Assembly (NCBI GenBank): GCA_902518895.1
Contig: CABYHL010000001.1
Location: 81,038 to 145,037, forward strand
DNA: 64,000 nt
Direction: 5' to 3'
Source of the DNA: an uncultured Alphaproteobacteria bacterium
GTDB taxonomy: Bacteria > Pseudomonadota > Alphaproteobacteria > HIMB59 > GCA-002718135
Position 1 is the stretch's first letter. Each line of letters starts with the position of its first letter. A program made the translations under genes and the position numbers. Shown here in pieces: positions 1 to 9,646 of this stretch. The notes beneath the pieces were generated by a model that worked only from the letters and a program-made list of their open reading frames with translations, made no database searches and was not told where the DNA came from.

Positions 1-2
1 TA

Positions 3-1670
3 GATTTACAAATTCCTAAAATTGGTAACTTCAACCTTTCGTGTGGTCCGGAAGGTATTTTCATTATTGATACATTAAACAATAGTAAATTAAATATAAA
101 TGTTTCAGATTTGATATTTGAAAAACCAATTAAAAAGAAAACTTATGAAGATTTAAAAACAAAAAATTTTATACCTATTATTCCTGAGCCAGAAAAAATT
201 TATTTACAAAATGAATTTGTAAATATTGAAAATAAAACATTTAATCTAAATACGGAAATTGAAATTATTTCTAATTTGCAAAATGTTATTTACAAATTGG
301 ATATTAATTTTACTTCTGAAAAAGGATTTCCAATTTTTTTTGAAAAAGATGATCAGTTATTAAACGATCAATATTTTATGCATATAACAAAAGATAATAT
401 TGAGATTAAATACAATACTTATGGTGGAAAGCTATATGGTCTTATATCTTTAGTTCATTTAATTGATTGCTATCAAACAAAGCTTCCAATTTGTACAATT
501 CACGATAATCCAAAATATCAATGGAGAGGAATGCATCTCGATTGTGCAAGACAATTCTATACTATTAATGAAATCAAACGTTTATTTAATTACATGGCAT
601 TATTTAAGCTTAATAGATTTCATTGGCATTTAACAGATAACGAAGCGTGGAGAATTGAAATTAGAAAATATCCAGATCTAGCATTAAATGGGGGATACAG
701 AGGATATAATTTTAAAATACCACCATTGTACGGAAGTGGTTATGATAAATACGGCGGATATTACTCACAGGAAGATATCAAAGATTTAATTATATATGCA
801 AAAAAATTAAATATCGAAATTATGCCTGAAATTGATTTACCAGCACATTCTTGGGCATTACTAGAAATTATGCCAGAACTTAGAGAACAGTCTTCAAATA
901 TAGTTAGTGAAGATGTTGGTTCGTATAAGAATAATACAATAAATCCTTCCTTAGAAAAAACTATAACTTTTTTAAAAGATATGTTGAATGAAGTAAGTGA
1001 TATTTTCTCATATGATGTAATTCATGTTGGCGTTGATGAAAGACCAAGTAATGCCTGGGAAGGTTCTCCAGCAATTATCGAGTTTATGAAAAAAAATAAT
1101 ATTAAATCACAAGAGGAATATCAAGATTACTATATGAATTTTTTAATAGATTTTCTAAAATCAAAAAATAAAAGAACAGCTGCATGGAATGAGGCGGCAG
1201 TGTCTCCTCATATCGATCATGGTGTGGGTGGAAGTGCTGGAAAAATTGATAAATCTTGTTTGATCTTTTCATGGGAGCATTCAGATGTTGCAAAAGAAAC
1301 TACAAATAAGGGATTTGAAACAATACTTTGTCCCGGTCAAAAAACATATTTTGATATGGCTTATAATAATTCAACTGAAGAAAGAGGTATTTGTTGGGCT
1401 GCAACTATAGAGGTAAAAGATATTTATGAATGGGACCCAATAAAAGATTTAAATAAATCAGAATTGATAAAAGGGTTACAAGGTCAACTGTGGTCAGAGA
1501 CAATTACAGATAAAAAATTTTTTGATCAAATGATCAACCCAAGATTAGCAACTTTATCAGAAGTTGCATGGAAAGGAAAAATTTCAAGAAAATGGATAGA
1601 ATTTCGTTCAGCACTTCTACATTCTATGGATTTTTTAAAAAAATTAGGCTGGCGATATCACAATTTTTAA
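3..1670 (+). CDS. beta-N-acetylhexosaminidase, glycoside hydrolase family 20 (probably 5'-truncated by window edge)
   Basis: GH20 catalytic-domain motifs YQWRGMHLDCARQF, NRFHWHLTDNEAWR, IHVGVDE. ORF track starts at TTG 111, but the same frame has no stop back to nt 3 (36 codons in AT-rich DNA), so the true start may lie upstream of the window. Confidence 0.85.
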   Translation, partial: DLQIPKIGNFNLSCGPEGIFIIDTLNNSKLNINVSDLIFEKPIKKKTYEDLKTKNFIPIIPEPEKIYLQNEFVNIENKTFNLNTEIEIISNLQNVIYKLDINFTSEKGFPIFFEKDDQLLNDQYFMHITKDNIEIKYNTYGGKLYGLISLVHLIDCYQTKLPICTIHDNPKYQWRGMHLDCARQFYTINEIKRLFNYMALFKLNRFHWHLTDNEAWRIEIRKYPDLALNGGYRGYNFKIPPLYGSGYDKYGGYYSQEDIKDLIIYAKKLNIEIMPEIDLPAHSWALLEIMPELREQSSNIVSEDVGSYKNNTINPSLEKTITFLKDMLNEVSDIFSYDVIHVGVDERPSNAWEGSPAIIEFMKKNNIKSQEEYQDYYMNFLIDFLKSKNKRTAAWNEAAVSPHIDHGVGGSAGKIDKSCLIFSWEHSDVAKETTNKGFETILCPGQKTYFDMAYNNSTEERGICWAATIEVKDIYEWDPIKDLNKSELIKGLQGQLWSETITDKKFFDQMINPRLATLSEVAWKGKISRKWIEFRSALLHSMDFLKKLGWRYHNF

Positions 1671-1688
1671 TGTTAAAGTAAAATAAAT

Positions 1689-2834
1689 ATGAAAATAGGC
1701 GCAGTCGGTTTTGGGAGTAGGACAGCAGGTGTTTATAATGAATTTTCAAAAGTTAATCCAAATTTTGAAATGGTTGCTTATGTAGATCCTCAGCCAATAG
1801 GTAAAGATTTTGCTGAGAAAAATAATTTTTTTCCAAATAAATCATATTCAAGTTTAAACGAAATGTTGGATCGAGAGAAACTAGATATATTAATGATTGG
1901 GTCCCCCAATCATTTACATTTAGATCATATTAAGCTTGGATTAAGAGCAGGATTACAAATATTTGCTGAGAAACCTATAGTAATAAGCGAACAAGAAACT
2001 TTTGAGTTAGCAAAATTAATAAAAGAATATGGCAAAGAAAGAATTATTGTTGGCTTAGTTTTAAGATATTCACAGCAAGCAAGATCTGTGAGAAAATTAT
2101 TAGATCAAAATGCTATTGGAAATATAATATCGATTGAAGCTTCAGAACATATCGTACCTTCGCACGGTGCTTTTTTTATGAGAAACTGGAGAAGAAAACA
2201 AAAATATTCTGGAGGCTTTATGCTGGAAAAATGTTGTCATGACATTGATTTTTATTCAATGATTACGAAGAGCAGACCTATTAAAGTTGCTAGTTTTGGT
2301 TCAAGAAGATCTTTTATACCCGAAAATCTTCCAGAGGGTTCTCATGAACAATATACAAAAGACAGGTTAAAAGGTTGGGAGTCAAAATCAAATGTTTTTG
2401 ATAGTGATGCTGATATTGTCGATCATCAAGTAGCAATAATAGAATATGCAAATAAAGCAGTACTATCTTTTCATACTAATATGAAAGTTCCAGACGAATT
2501 TCGAAGATTTGCAGTCATAGGATCTGCGGGAATGATTGAGGGAGATTTTGTTAAAGGATTTATGAAAGCTCATGATGAAAATAATAATGTACTTATTGAT
2601 GAAGATTATGGAGCAGCTTTTGGAAAAGAAATTAAAGGTCATTATGGCGCAGATAGCATGATGGCTCAAGACATTAACAATTATTTATTAAAAAATAATA
2701 AAGAATTACCAGTTGGTGTAATAGAATGTATGGAGGCAGGAATTGTTGCTATGAAAATTGATGAAGCTAGAAATACTGGTAAAGTAATTGACTTAACAAG
2801 CACTTGGGATAAATTCGACTCCCTATTAAATTAG
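1689..2834 (+). CDS. Gfo/Idh/MocA family NAD(P)-dependent oxidoreductase
   Basis: N-terminal Rossmann segment MKIGAVGFGSR, FAEKP motif, long C-terminal alpha/beta domain. Lies 18 nt after the hexosaminidase stop. Confidence 0.8.
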   Translation: MKIGAVGFGSRTAGVYNEFSKVNPNFEMVAYVDPQPIGKDFAEKNNFFPNKSYSSLNEMLDREKLDILMIGSPNHLHLDHIKLGLRAGLQIFAEKPIVISEQETFELAKLIKEYGKERIIVGLVLRYSQQARSVRKLLDQNAIGNIISIEASEHIVPSHGAFFMRNWRRKQKYSGGFMLEKCCHDIDFYSMITKSRPIKVASFGSRRSFIPENLPEGSHEQYTKDRLKGWESKSNVFDSDADIVDHQVAIIEYANKAVLSFHTNMKVPDEFRRFAVIGSAGMIEGDFVKGFMKAHDENNNVLIDEDYGAAFGKEIKGHYGADSMMAQDINNYLLKNNKELPVGVIECMEAGIVAMKIDEARNTGKVIDLTSTWDKFDSLLN

Positions 2835-2839
2835 TAATT

Positions 2840-3739
2840 ATGAATCAAAAATTAAAATCATATACCGCCCAAACATATATAGCATATGCACTAATTGCCC
2901 CTGCTGCTATTTATATAATTCTTATTGTTGCTTGGCCATTATTAGAAACAATTAGATTATCTTTTACAAATTCTAGTTTAGCAGGAGAAGATTATGTTGG
3001 TTTAGAAAATTATCAAAAAATGTTTTCTAGTAAAAAATTTAATGGAATAGTGACCAGAACATTTGTTTGGATGTTTTTTTCAGTCTCTTTAAAACTTATC
3101 ATTGGTTTAATTGGAGCTGTTTTACTTAATGCTAATTTAAAAGGAAGATCAATTTTCAGAGTGCTTGTAATGCCTCCATGGGTAGTTCCAATTGCAATTG
3201 GTATGCTTGGCTGGTTATGGTTATATAACGGATATTTTGGAATTATCGCAGGTGTAGGTATGCGAACTGGTATTTTGGACGGTCCTTTTGGATTTCTTGC
3301 TTACAAACAAAGTGCCTTTATTTCTACAATCATTGCCGATGTTTGGGTTGGAACACCAATGGTAACCGTTTTCTTTCTAGCTGCAATGCAGGGTGTGCCA
3401 AGAGATTTATATGAAGCTGCTTATTGTGATGGTGCTTCAAGATGGGATAGATTTTTTAAAATTACATTACCTCAAATCACTCCAGTAATTATTACAATGT
3501 CATTATTATCTGCTATTTGGACATTCAACTCATTTGAAATTATTTGGATATTGACAGAAGGTGGGCCAAGAGGTTCTACAACTACATTAATTATCGACAC
3601 CTATAAGCAAGCATTAGGAAATTATAAATTTGGAAGAGGGGCTGCTAGAGCTGTAGTTGTAATGATTTTATTAATGTTATTTGCGGGCTTTTATCTAGCT
3701 TTGCTTGCTAGAATTAATAAGAAAATTTCTCATGAATAA
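2840..3739 (+). CDS. ABC sugar transporter permease, CUT1 MalF/UgpA type
   Basis: Multiple hydrophobic spans and EAA loop LYEAAYCDGASRWDRFFKITLPQ. Confidence 0.9.
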   Translation: MNQKLKSYTAQTYIAYALIAPAAIYIILIVAWPLLETIRLSFTNSSLAGEDYVGLENYQKMFSSKKFNGIVTRTFVWMFFSVSLKLIIGLIGAVLLNANLKGRSIFRVLVMPPWVVPIAIGMLGWLWLYNGYFGIIAGVGMRTGILDGPFGFLAYKQSAFISTIIADVWVGTPMVTVFFLAAMQGVPRDLYEAAYCDGASRWDRFFKITLPQITPVIITMSLLSAIWTFNSFEIIWILTEGGPRGSTTTLIIDTYKQALGNYKFGRGAARAVVVMILLMLFAGFYLALLARINKKISHE

Positions 3740-4571
3740 ATATAATCCTTTTGAAAAAATATTGATCTATTTTGGCATCTTTGTCTTCATGACTTTTATT
3801 CTTTTGCCTTTTATCGAAATGTTTTATGCATCACTTCGACCGTTAGATCATTTATTTCGCTCACCATACCAATTTTATTCAGATGATTTATCTTTTTGGG
3901 CTTATCAAGAAATGTGGAATACGGTACCAATGCTTGGAAGATATATCTTTAATAGTTTTTTTCTGGCTTCCTGCGTTGCTATACTAACTCTTATTTTTGT
4001 TATTCCTGCAGCTTACGCATACGCACGTTTTAAATTTCCAGCTAAGAATACGAGCTTATACATACTCTTAGCAATTAATATGTTTTCAGGAGCAGTAATT
4101 TTAATACCTCTATATAAATTGTTAAGGACTTTAGGTTTATTAAATAGTTATCAATCTATGATTATTCCTGGAGTGGCTTTTTTAATACCAACTGCAATTT
4201 GGCTGCTAAAATCTTACTTTGAAAAAATACCAATAGATTTAGAAGAGGCAGCTTTTGTTGACGGGGCTTCAAGAGTACAAATACTCAGACATATCATAGC
4301 TCCTTTAAGTACACCTGGCTTAGTTGTAGTTGGTATTTATGCATTCATAGGCGCATATGCTCAACAATTCTTATTTGCGATAACATTTAATCAGAAAAAA
4401 GAATATATGCCAATTCCAACAGGGTTATATGAATTTATAGGATATCAAAGCGTTAAATGGAATGAAATGATGGCAGCAGCCTTAGTAGGGATGTTACCAG
4501 TTTTATTATTATTTGTATTTTTACAAAAGTATATTGTAGAGGGGCTTACTGCTGGTGCGGTAAAAAACTAA
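3732..4571 (+). CDS. ABC sugar transporter permease, CUT1 MalG/UgpE type (tandem copy 1)
   Basis: EAA loop LEEAAFVDGASRVQILRHIIAPL. ATG 3732 is preferred over the track's TTG 3705 because it aligns codon-for-codon with the start of the downstream paralogue (MNKYN vs M/LDKYN) and gives a short overlap with the upstream stop. Confidence 0.88.
   Translation: MNKYNPFEKILIYFGIFVFMTFILLPFIEMFYASLRPLDHLFRSPYQFYSDDLSFWAYQEMWNTVPMLGRYIFNSFFLASCVAILTLIFVIPAAYAYARFKFPAKNTSLYILLAINMFSGAVILIPLYKLLRTLGLLNSYQSMIIPGVAFLIPTAIWLLKSYFEKIPIDLEEAAFVDGASRVQILRHIIAPLSTPGLVVVGIYAFIGAYAQQFLFAITFNQKKEYMPIPTGLYEFIGYQSVKWNEMMAAALVGMLPVLLLFVFLQKYIVEGLTAGAVKN
3814..3901 (+). repeat. 88-nt tract 100% identical to 4655..4742 in the tandem permease paralogue
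   Basis: Direct base-by-base comparison at constant offset 841 nt. Flanked on both sides by diverged sequence. Confidence 0.9.
4165..4291 (+). repeat. 127-nt tract 100% identical to 5006..5132 in the tandem permease paralogue
   Basis: Direct base-by-base comparison at offset 841 nt. Covers the EAA-loop coding region. Confidence 0.9.
4356..4411 (+). repeat. 56-nt tract 100% identical to 5197..5252 in the tandem permease paralogue
   Basis: Direct comparison at offset 841 nt. Confidence 0.85.
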
Positions 4572-4572
4572 A

Positions 4573-5412
4573 TTGGATAAATATAATATATACGAAAAGA
4601 TATTATTATATTCAGGAATACTAGTCTTTATGATTTTTATTCTTTTACCTTTTGTCGAAATGTTTTATGCATCACTTCGACCGTTAGATCATTTATTTCG
4701 CTCACCATACCAATTTTATTCAGATGATTTATCTTTTTGGGCCTATAGAGAAATGTGGAACACAGTACCAATGCTTCCACGATATATTTTTAATAGTTTT
4801 TTTCTTGCCTCAGTCACTTCTATTATTACTTTGCTTTTTGTAATTCCTGCAGCTTACTCTTATGCACGTTTTAAATTTCCTTTTAAAAATTCTTCACTCT
4901 ATATTTTATTAGCAATTAATATGTTTTCAGGGGCAGTTTTATTAATTCCTCTCTATAAAGTATTAAGAACATTTGGTTTGCTAAATACATATCAGGCTAT
5001 GATAGTTCCTGGAGTGGCTTTTTTAATACCAACTGCAATTTGGCTGCTAAAATCTTACTTTGAAAAAATACCAATAGATTTAGAAGAGGCAGCTTTTGTT
5101 GACGGGGCTTCAAGAGTACAAATACTCAGACACATAATTGCACCTCTTAGTACACCTGGTCTGGTAGTTGTTGGGATATACGCTTTTATAGGATCTTATG
5201 CTCAACAATTCTTATTTGCGATAACATTTAATCAGAAAAAAGAATATATGCCTATCCCTTCAGGATTGTATGAATTTATTGGCTACACAACAGTCAAATG
5301 GAATGAAATGATGGCAGCCTCTCTTGTTGGGATTGCCCCTGTCTTAATAATTTTTCTTTTTCTACAGAAATATATTGTTGCTGGACTCACTTCTGGAGCA
5401 GTAAAAAACTAG
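4573..5412 (+). CDS. ABC sugar transporter permease, CUT1 MalG/UgpE type (tandem copy 2, TTG start)
   Basis: Collinear with copy 1 over its whole length (by eye roughly 85-90% amino-acid identity), same EAA loop. TTG start lies 1 nt after the copy-1 stop. Confidence 0.88.
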   Translation: MDKYNIYEKILLYSGILVFMIFILLPFVEMFYASLRPLDHLFRSPYQFYSDDLSFWAYREMWNTVPMLPRYIFNSFFLASVTSIITLLFVIPAAYSYARFKFPFKNSSLYILLAINMFSGAVLLIPLYKVLRTFGLLNTYQAMIVPGVAFLIPTAIWLLKSYFEKIPIDLEEAAFVDGASRVQILRHIIAPLSTPGLVVVGIYAFIGSYAQQFLFAITFNQKKEYMPIPSGLYEFIGYTTVKWNEMMAASLVGIAPVLIIFLFLQKYIVAGLTSGAVKN

Positions 5413-5487
5413 AAAAATACCGAAAAACTAACTTGCTTCATAGAGCCAGTTAATGTTATCTCCATTATATATTTAAATGGAGGAATT

Positions 5488-6699
5488 ATGAATTTCAAAA
5501 AACTATCTTCATTTCTTACAATAGCTATACTTTCACTAGTTGGTTTTAAAACTTATGCTGCTGAAGTACATGGAGTATTCTGTGGCGGCGAGCTTAGACC
5601 TAATTATGTTGAAATAGCTGATAAGTACATGGAAGACAATCCTGGAGTTACTGTAACTCTAGAGGCTGTTCCTTGGGGAACATGTCAGGATAAAGTAATC
5701 AATCTTGCTATTGCAGGTGATCCCGTTGCATTTTCATATGTTGGATCAAGAACTCTAAAAGGTCTTGCAGAAAACGGACATATTTTAGAAACAAATATTC
5801 CTGCTTCACAAAAAGCAATGTATCAACCAGGTATCTTAAACACAGTTACACACATGGGTAAAACTTGGGGTTTTCCTCACGCGTTTTCAACTAAAGCACT
5901 TTTTATGAATTGTGGTCTTTTAGAAAAAGCAGGTGTTGCATGTGAAGGTCCTCAAACTTGGGATGAATTATATTCAATGGCTGAAGCTGTAACAAAAAAT
6001 GTTGATGGAGCTGCAGGAATTGGACTAGCTGGTAAAGATTTTGATAATACTATGCACCAATTCTTAAACTACCTATACAGTAATGGAGGACAAGTTATTG
6101 ATCCAATGACAAATGAAATAACTTTGAATTCATCTAATACTGTTGAAACATTAGAATTTTATGGAAAGTTAGCAAATGTTGCTCAGGAAGGTCCTTTAGC
6201 TTGGGAGAGATCTCAGTTAACAGAACTATTTAATGATGAAAAAATTGCTATGTATATTAATGGACCTTGGGGTAGAGGTCAGCATAAGGAAGGTCTAGAT
6301 GTTAAAACAGTTAGAATTCCTGCTGGACCACAAGGAAGTCAAGGTACTCTTTTAATCACTGATAGTGTTGCAGTTTTCTCAAACACAGGTGTTGAAAAAG
6401 AAGCAATGGAATTAGCTAGTATAATAACATCAGGTGACTCTCAATACAGTCTTGATACTGATTGGGGTCTAACACCAATTATGCAATATCCTCAAATTGG
6501 AAATGAAGCTCCATACAATGAAGATTATTGGATGATGTTTATTGATGCGATTGGCGATGGTGGACCAGAGCCACTATTTGTAGACTACAAAGCTTTTCAA
6601 ACTGTTATGAACTCTATGATCCAAGGTGCAATTCTTGGTGAGGGAGATGCTGCGGATTTAGTAGCAGAAGCAGCTGACGAGTTAGAAGAATACAAATAA
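5488..6699 (+). CDS. ABC sugar transporter periplasmic substrate-binding protein (family 1)
   Basis: Signal peptide MNFKKLSSFLTIAILSLVGFKTYA and family-1 SBP-like sequence. Strong TGGAGGA Shine-Dalgarno 4 nt before the ATG. Located last in the operon after a 75-nt spacer. Confidence 0.88.
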   Translation: MNFKKLSSFLTIAILSLVGFKTYAAEVHGVFCGGELRPNYVEIADKYMEDNPGVTVTLEAVPWGTCQDKVINLAIAGDPVAFSYVGSRTLKGLAENGHILETNIPASQKAMYQPGILNTVTHMGKTWGFPHAFSTKALFMNCGLLEKAGVACEGPQTWDELYSMAEAVTKNVDGAAGIGLAGKDFDNTMHQFLNYLYSNGGQVIDPMTNEITLNSSNTVETLEFYGKLANVAQEGPLAWERSQLTELFNDEKIAMYINGPWGRGQHKEGLDVKTVRIPAGPQGSQGTLLITDSVAVFSNTGVEKEAMELASIITSGDSQYSLDTDWGLTPIMQYPQIGNEAPYNEDYWMMFIDAIGDGGPEPLFVDYKAFQTVMNSMIQGAILGEGDAADLVAEAADELEEYK

Positions 6700-6711
6700 T
6701 CACATTATTTT

Positions 6712-6734
6712 GCTAGGGCAATATTTGCCCTAGC
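6712..6734 (+). terminator. Stem-loop after the SBP gene (candidate terminator/RNA stabiliser)
   Basis: GCTAGGGCA-ATATT-TGCCCTAGC, a perfect 9-bp GC-rich stem 13 nt after the stop. No clear U-tract. Confidence 0.45.
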
Positions 6735-6752
6735 ATCAAATATAAAATTCAA

Positions 6753-7481
6753 ATGAGTAAATTAACAAGATCTTATTCTTCAAAAATTAATTCAATTTTA
6801 AAGAAAATAATAAAGGAAGAAGAAAAAAAATTCTTGGAGTGTGCTAAGTTAATTAGCAAATCTTATAAAAAAGGTGGGCAGTTATATATTTTTGGAACTG
6901 GACATTCTAGATTGCTTGGAGAAGAATCATTTCACAGAGCTGGAGGTTTTGCTGCAGCTTGTCCAATAAGAGATGATGATCTCAGTTTTAAAAAAGGAGC
7001 AAGAAAAGCCACTGCTCTAGAAAGAACTCCAAATATTGCAAAAAAAGCTCTCGCTAAATATAAAATTACCAGCAAAGATGTATTAATGATTGTATCTAAT
7101 TCTGGTGTTAATCATGCGCCTGTTGAAGCAGCTTTAATTGCAAAGAAAAAAAAAATAAAAACTATTTCACTAACATCTGTTAAATTTTCTAAACAAGCTC
7201 CTCTATCTAAATTGAATAAAAGATTATTTGAAATAACGGATATATTCATTGATAACAAGATTCCACCTGGTGATGCGATTATAAATGTTAAAGATAATAT
7301 GGTTGGGCCAGCTTCAACAATTACAGGATCTTTTATTTTAAATTCAATTTTAATTGAAGTTGCAAATATCTTAAAAAATGAAAAATTGTTTCCATTCTAT
7401 ATCAGTGTAAATATGCCAAATGCTAAACAAAATAATGATATATTAGAAAAAAAATTTAGTAAGATTAATCCTCATTTATAA
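6753..7481 (+). CDS. SIS (sugar isomerase) domain-containing protein, function unknown
   Basis: Single SIS-like phosphosugar-binding domain (FGTGHSRLL, VSNSGVN motifs). Sits between the SBP gene and nagA. Confidence 0.65.
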   Translation: MSKLTRSYSSKINSILKKIIKEEEKKFLECAKLISKSYKKGGQLYIFGTGHSRLLGEESFHRAGGFAAACPIRDDDLSFKKGARKATALERTPNIAKKALAKYKITSKDVLMIVSNSGVNHAPVEAALIAKKKKIKTISLTSVKFSKQAPLSKLNKRLFEITDIFIDNKIPPGDAIINVKDNMVGPASTITGSFILNSILIEVANILKNEKLFPFYISVNMPNAKQNNDILEKKFSKINPHL

Positions 7482-7535
7482 GTTTTTAAATTTTTTTAAA
7501 TATCACGAATTTGCTATATAAGATATTAAAGTTAC

Positions 7536-8630
7536 ATGATTGATCAAAATAAAGTTAGTGGAAAAATTATTAATTATAATTCTTCCTATATTGGTGATGT
7601 ATATTTTAGTGAAAAAATTAGTGACTTAAAAATAAAGGACTCTGATGATTATAATAATATTATAATTCCTGGTTTTATTGATCTCCATTGTCATGGTGGT
7701 AATGGTTTTGATGTAATGGAGGGCTCACAATCAATTATTGAAATGTCTAAGTATCATTTACGACATGGTACCACTTCAATAATGCCAACTACTTGGACCA
7801 ATACTTTAGAAAATACTATTTCAGCGTTAAAAGGATTTAATGAAATAAAGAAAGATAATGGTAATAATATCCTTGGAGTTCATTTAGAAGGACCTTTTAT
7901 TAATCCTAATAAACTTGGTGCTCAACCAAATTTAACTGAGAAACCATCTTTAGAGTTTATAAAAAAAATTCTTGAAATTGCCGATTTAAAAATCATTACC
8001 TTAGCCCCAGAAATCGATGGAATGCAAGAATTTATAAATGATTTAGTGGAGCTAAATATTAAGATTCAATTTGGCCACACTTTGGCAGACTTTGATTGCT
8101 GTGAAAAAATTATGAAAGATCATGAAATTGGTTTTACACATCTGTATAATGCTATGTCTGGTAATGATCATAGATCCCCAGGAGTTTTATCAGCTGCTCT
8201 TTCAAAAGGAAAATATGCTGAAATAATTTGCGATAATATTCATGTTAGTAAAGAAGCAATAAAAATTGCAAAAAAATGTATTCCTGGTCTGTATGCAATA
8301 ACAGATTCTATTAACGCAAGCGGACTGAATGATGGAGAATATATTTTTGCAAATAATAATATAAAAAAAGAAAATCATTCAGTAAAAATTAAGTCTGACG
8401 ATACTTTAGCAGGAAGTATTATTACTATGGATCAAACTTTTAAAAATTTAATATCAATGAATTTTTCATTAGAAGAAGCAGTTGCTTTAACTAGTTATAA
8501 TGCTTCTAAATATTTAAATCTAGAAAATGTCGGTATAATTCAAAAAAATTTTTTAAGTAATTTTCTTATTTTAGATAAAGAATTTAATCTTAAAGAAGTT
8601 TATTTAAGAGGAAAAAAAATTAATGTCTAG
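7536..8630 (+). CDS. nagA: N-acetylglucosamine-6-phosphate deacetylase
   Basis: Amidohydrolase metal motifs GFIDLHCHGG, HLEGPFI, FTHLYNAM, ITDS. Confidence 0.88.
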   Translation: MIDQNKVSGKIINYNSSYIGDVYFSEKISDLKIKDSDDYNNIIIPGFIDLHCHGGNGFDVMEGSQSIIEMSKYHLRHGTTSIMPTTWTNTLENTISALKGFNEIKKDNGNNILGVHLEGPFINPNKLGAQPNLTEKPSLEFIKKILEIADLKIITLAPEIDGMQEFINDLVELNIKIQFGHTLADFDCCEKIMKDHEIGFTHLYNAMSGNDHRSPGVLSAALSKGKYAEIICDNIHVSKEAIKIAKKCIPGLYAITDSINASGLNDGEYIFANNNIKKENHSVKIKSDDTLAGSIITMDQTFKNLISMNFSLEEAVALTSYNASKYLNLENVGIIQKNFLSNFLILDKEFNLKEVYLRGKKINV

Positions 8631-9645
8631 TTCCCAAGTTTTATCGGAAGCACTCTCAATTCCAAATAAAATTAATCATTTTATCTTGAATGATAAAAAT
8701 AATTACCAAGAAATATCAAGTTTAATATCAGAAAAAAAAATTGATTATGTTGTTACTGTAGCAAGAGGTACTTCAGATTGTGCTGCTTTGTATTTATCTT
8801 ATATGTTTGCAAAATATCTAGGTCTACCAACATACAGCATGCCTCCATCTATAATAACTTTAGAAGAATCAAAATTTAATTTTTCGAGAGCATTAGTTTT
8901 CATTATTTCTCAATCAGGAAAAAGTGAAGATTTGGTTGAATGTCATAAAATGGTACAAAAAATGGGAGCAAAGACTATATTAATAAGTAATAACTTAAAT
9001 AGTCCCATTATAAACACATCCAATTATTTTTTTGATATAAATGCTGGAGAAGAAAAAAGTGTTGCTGCGACAAAAACCTTTGTTTTGTCTTTATTGATAA
9101 TTTTAAAGCTTGTTTTTAATACTCTTAATAAAAAAGATATTAATAAACAAATTGAAAAGTTAAGTGATCATTTAATTTTAGATAATCAAAATCAATGGAA
9201 TCCAAATATATTAGATAAAACCATAAGTAATGGATATATAATTAGTAGAGGTGTTGGATATGCAATTTCTAATGAAATATCTTTAAAGTTTAAAGAGTTA
9301 TGTCAAGAAATGATAGAACCTTTCAGTAGTGCTGAAGTAATGCATGGACCAAAAAGCTTAATTGAAAATTCATTCAAGTTATTTACTATATCGCTTAGAG
9401 ATAAAAGTGGGATGATTGTAGCAAAAGATTCTAGTCAAATTATTTCACTTACTAATCTTCACTATGATATTACTTATGATGAAAAATCGAATACAGAATT
9501 AAGATATAATACTAGTGAAATGATAGAGTTAGATCCAATTATATTACTATCAAAATTTTATCCATGGATAATTAATTATTCTTTTCAAAAGGGATTAGAC
9601 CCAGACAATCCTAGATATTTAACTAAAGTAACACAAACATTCTAA
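8623..9645 (+). CDS. SIS-type glucosamine-6-phosphate deaminase/isomerase (NagB-II/AgaS-like)
   Basis: Two SIS repeats, SQSGKSEDL motif, about 340 aa like the GlmS isomerase half. Overlaps nagA by 8 nt. Confidence 0.8.
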   Translation: MSSSQVLSEALSIPNKINHFILNDKNNYQEISSLISEKKIDYVVTVARGTSDCAALYLSYMFAKYLGLPTYSMPPSIITLEESKFNFSRALVFIISQSGKSEDLVECHKMVQKMGAKTILISNNLNSPIINTSNYFFDINAGEEKSVAATKTFVLSLLIILKLVFNTLNKKDINKQIEKLSDHLILDNQNQWNPNILDKTISNGYIISRGVGYAISNEISLKFKELCQEMIEPFSSAEVMHGPKSLIENSFKLFTISLRDKSGMIVAKDSSQIISLTNLHYDITYDEKSNTELRYNTSEMIELDPIILLSKFYPWIINYSFQKGLDPDNPRYLTKVTQTF

Positions 9646-9646
9646 T

